64,000 nt of DNA from Macrostomum hystrix. Taxonomy: Eukaryota; Animalia; Platyhelminthes. The translations under genes were made by a program, and so were the position numbers. Of the stretch, positions 60,851 to 64,000 are shown piece after piece (the first letter of the stretch is position 1; every line of letters starts with the position of its first letter). Where the stretch lies: assembly GCA_950097015.1 (NCBI GenBank), contig CATNEN010000005.1, forward strand, positions 992,001 through 1,056,000, read 5' to 3'. A model generated the notes under the pieces. That model had not been told where the DNA came from. It made no database searches and saw only the letters and a list, made by a program, of their open reading frames with translations.

Positions 60851-62299
60851 ATGGCAGGACGCTACGGTATTGTGGAGCGGGGTGCCCTGTACACACCCGA
60901 CTACAAGTTGTACATCACCGGACCCAACGGTCCATTGTCCGCATTCCATGACATTCCGCTACACGCCGACACCGAAGGCAAAGAGTTCAACATGATTGTC
61001 GAAATACCGCGTTGGACCAATGCCAAGATGGAAATTAGCAAAGACCAGCTGCTGAGTCCCATTGTGCAGGATGTGAAGAAAGGCGCCCTGCGCTTTGTTG
61101 ACAACGTTTTCCCATTCCATGGCTACATCTGGAACTATGGCGCCCTGCCGCAGACCTGGGAAGATCCGGACCACGTTGACGAGCGCACCGGAGCCAAAGG
61201 CGATAATGATCCGCTGGATGTGTGCGAGATTGGATCCAAGGTAGGGCCTGGCTAGCGCAAAATTCTTTGTTTTTCTCACTATTAAACTCAGCTGTGCGTT
61301 TAATTGGTTATTATTAAAATTGTTCTTATTCAAAAATATTATCCCTGTTTTATCTCTTGTTTCTTCCCTTCAAGGTCATTGGATCACCCCTTCAAGGTCA
61401 TTGGATCACCCCTTCAAGGTCATTGGATCATCCCTTCAAGGTCATTAAATCATCCCTTCACGGTCATTGAATCATCCCTTCAAGGTCATTAAATCATCCT
61501 TCAAGGTCATTGAATCATCCCTTCAAGGTCATTGAATCATCCCTTCAAGGTCACTGGATCACCCCTTCAAGGTCATTGGATCATCCCTTCAACGTCATTG
61601 AATCATCCCTTCAATCAAGGTCATTGAATCATCAATCATCCCTTCAAGGTCATTGAATCATCTCTTCTCTTTTAATTTTTCATTTTTATCACATCAGGGT
61701 AATTTACTTATGAGTTAAAAGTAATTTGGAGTAATTGTGAAGTGAATAGTCAATCGCAGATTCAAGATTATTTGATACAAAAAATCCCCAAAAATCCCTG
61801 GCAGATTCACCCGCGCGGCTCAGTGATCCGGGTGAAGCCGCTGGGCCTACTCGGCCTAATTGACGAAGGCGAAACCGATTGGAAGATCCTAGTAATCGAT
61901 ACCGAAGATCCCCTAGCCAATCAGTTGAACAATCTGGCCGATATTGAAGCCGCAATGCCCGGCTTCCTGGAGGCCACCAGGCGTTGGTTTCGAGTCTACA
62001 AAATGCCCCAGGGCAAGCCGCCGAATGAGTTCGCCTTCAATGGCGAATATCGCGATCGCGACTTCGCCCTGGGCGTCATTAACGAGACGCATCGCCAGTG
62101 GAAGGCTCTGATGCTTGGCGCCGATGCATCTGACTCGCACGGCATCGCCAGACAGAATGTCTCAGTCATTGGCAGCTCGTCCGGCATCGATCAGGCCGCC
62201 GCTGACGCCATTCTGTCATCGGCTGCCGCCGCGCCGGCCGACGGAAACCATGCCGATTCGCGCATTCCCGACGGCGTCGGAAAATGGCACTTCGTCTAG
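60851..62299 (+). CDS. PPA1: Family I soluble inorganic pyrophosphatase (PPA1/PPA2, Nurf-38-like); 2 exons (60851-61240, 61805-62299), 294 aa from MAGRY, with a possible upstream N-terminal extension
   Basis: Motifs include [82 protein letters not shown] and [18 protein letters not shown]. The phase-0 intron is aag|gtaggg...ggcag|ATT. Confidence 0.95.
61365..61662 (+). repeat. Minisatellite, ~22-bp unit CCCTTCAAGGTCATTGAATCAT (PPA intron)
   Basis: About 13 units. Confidence 0.94.
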
Positions 62300-62479
62300 A
62301 AATATATCTGGATGACTGACCAACTGACTGGCTCTAGTTTTATAAAGATATTAATCATATTTAAACTGACCATTTCTGACACTGTTTGTGCAACTCGACA
62401 CAGGTAGACTAGCATATTATTGCGCCATTGAATGATTTTTACTTTTTTAGCAAACTAGACAGCTCTAGATTCACCTTAA

Positions 62480-62578
62480 AATGTCCTTTAGTTGGCTGGT
62501 ACATCCTTCAGCCAATGTCCTTCAGTTTTGTTTAAAAGGACATTGTCTGAAGGATGTACCAGCCAACTGAAGGACATT
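62480..62578. repeat. Inverted repeat / hairpin, 43-bp arms and 13-nt loop
   Basis: 62480-62522 is the reverse complement of 62536-62578 with 2 mismatches. Confidence 0.88.
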
Positions 62579-63127
62579 GGCTGAAGGATGTTAAAAGGAA
62601 TTGAATGGACAATCAATGGACATTTATGAAACCAATACTAGCTAATTAAACAAAACATTGGGCTGCTTAGCTAATTTGATTAAAAGAGCATTGCTAAAAG
62701 TGCGTAACAACGAATAATGTCCCGGTTTTGATTATTTTTATTCACCGTTAGTCGAAGTTTTCAATTCTGTGCGTTTAACAACTGTTGAAGAATAACTGAA
62801 GTCTATTTTCTCACCAATCGTAATTACATATTTCTGTTTTTTAGTTGCTTGATAATAATTAATAATAATACAATACATTCTATTTGTCATATCCCGCTCA
62901 TTCATTCTATTCTTTGTACTCGTACGTATAAGTTTATTTATTACTACTTCATAAATAGGCAGTTTAATCACGAGTTTTTATACTTAACTACAGTTTTGAG
63001 TAACGATAATGGTCATCAAAAATATATCATTTAGCTGTTTGCATTAATGGGCAATCTACTATTTACTAAATGATTTGCCTACTGGAAGCGTTTGCTTTTA
63101 TTTATATTGCTTTTTTCAACTTACAGA

Positions 63128-64000
63128 TCTGACACCCACTTATCTGTCTGACACCCACTTATCTGTCTGACACCCACTTATCTGTCTGACACCCACTTAT
63201 CTGTCTGACACCCACTTATCTGTCTGATACCCACTTATCTGTCTGACACCCACTTCTCTGTCTGACACCCACTTCTCTGTCTGACACCCACTTATCTGTC
63301 TGATACCCACTTATCTGTCTGACACCCACTTATCTGTCTGACACCCACTTATCTGTCTGACACCCACTTATCCGTCTGACACCCACTTATCTGTCTGACA
63401 CCCACTTATCTGTCTGGCACCCACTTATCTGTCTGATAACCACTTCTCTGTCTGACACCCACTTATCTGTCTGACACCTACTTCTCTGTCTGGCACCCAC
63501 TTTTCTGTCTGATACCCACTTATCTGTCTGACACCCACTTTTCTGTCTGACACCCACTTATCTGACTGACACCCACTTCTCTGTCTGACACCCACTTATC
63601 TGTCTGACACCCACTTATCTGTCTGACACCTACTTCTCTGTCTGGCACCCACTTTTCTGTCTGATACCCACTTATCTGTCTGACACCCACTTATCTGTCT
63701 GACACCCACTTATCTGACTGACACCCACTTATCTGTCTGACACCTACTTCTCTGTCTGGCACCCACTTTTCTGTCTGATAACCACTTTTCTGTCTGACAC
63801 CCACTTATCTGTCTGACACCTACTTCTCTGTCTGGCACCCACTTTTCTGTCTGATACCCACTTATCTGTCTGACACCCACTTATCTGTCTGACACCCACT
63901 TATCTGACTGACACCCACTTATCTGTCTGACACCTACTTCTCTGTCTGGCACCCACTTTTCTGTCTGATACCCACTTATCTGTCTGACACCCACTTATCT
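63128..64000 (+). repeat. Minisatellite, 19-bp unit CTGACACCCACTTATCTGT (runs off the window)
   Basis: More than 45 units. Confidence 0.97.

Noticed and set aside
1592-64000. Tandem arrays as CRISPR arrays
   Set aside because: The units are contiguous with no unique spacers, there are no cas genes, and the context is eukaryotic and intron-rich.

Overview
This is eukaryotic (invertebrate animal) genomic DNA with spliced genes, GC-rich exons and AT-rich introns. About one third of the window (~22 kb in more than 20 arrays) is minisatellite with 16-26 bp units. This architecture suggests a flatworm such as Macrostomum (inference only). In order, the window holds: a degenerate Polinton/adintovirus-like penton fragment; a two-exon class A peptide-type GPCR (minus strand); a cluster of intronless secreted PAN/Apple + LamG (ConA-like) genes (one frameshifted, one 5' stub, one chimera, one intact divergent copy); a 12-exon BLTP3/UHRF1BP1 lipid-transfer gene (22921-50932, 1339 aa, all splice phases consistent); SQSTM1/p62 (minus); and a family I inorganic pyrophosphatase arranged head-to-head with p62. 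Small mobile elements include tRNA-derived SINEs, a solo LTR with a TSD, a long-TIR MITE and a hAT-type MITE carrying a minisatellite. The most interesting signals are the mix-and-match PAN-LamG cluster (a homogenised 408-bp core with swappable 5' and 3' halves) and minisatellite arrays that multimerise transcription-factor sites (CLEAR E-boxes in BLTP3, NR5A/ERR sites in PPA). Also notable are inverted related arrays flanking exons and a stop-free 3n repeat intron. There is no CRISPR array.
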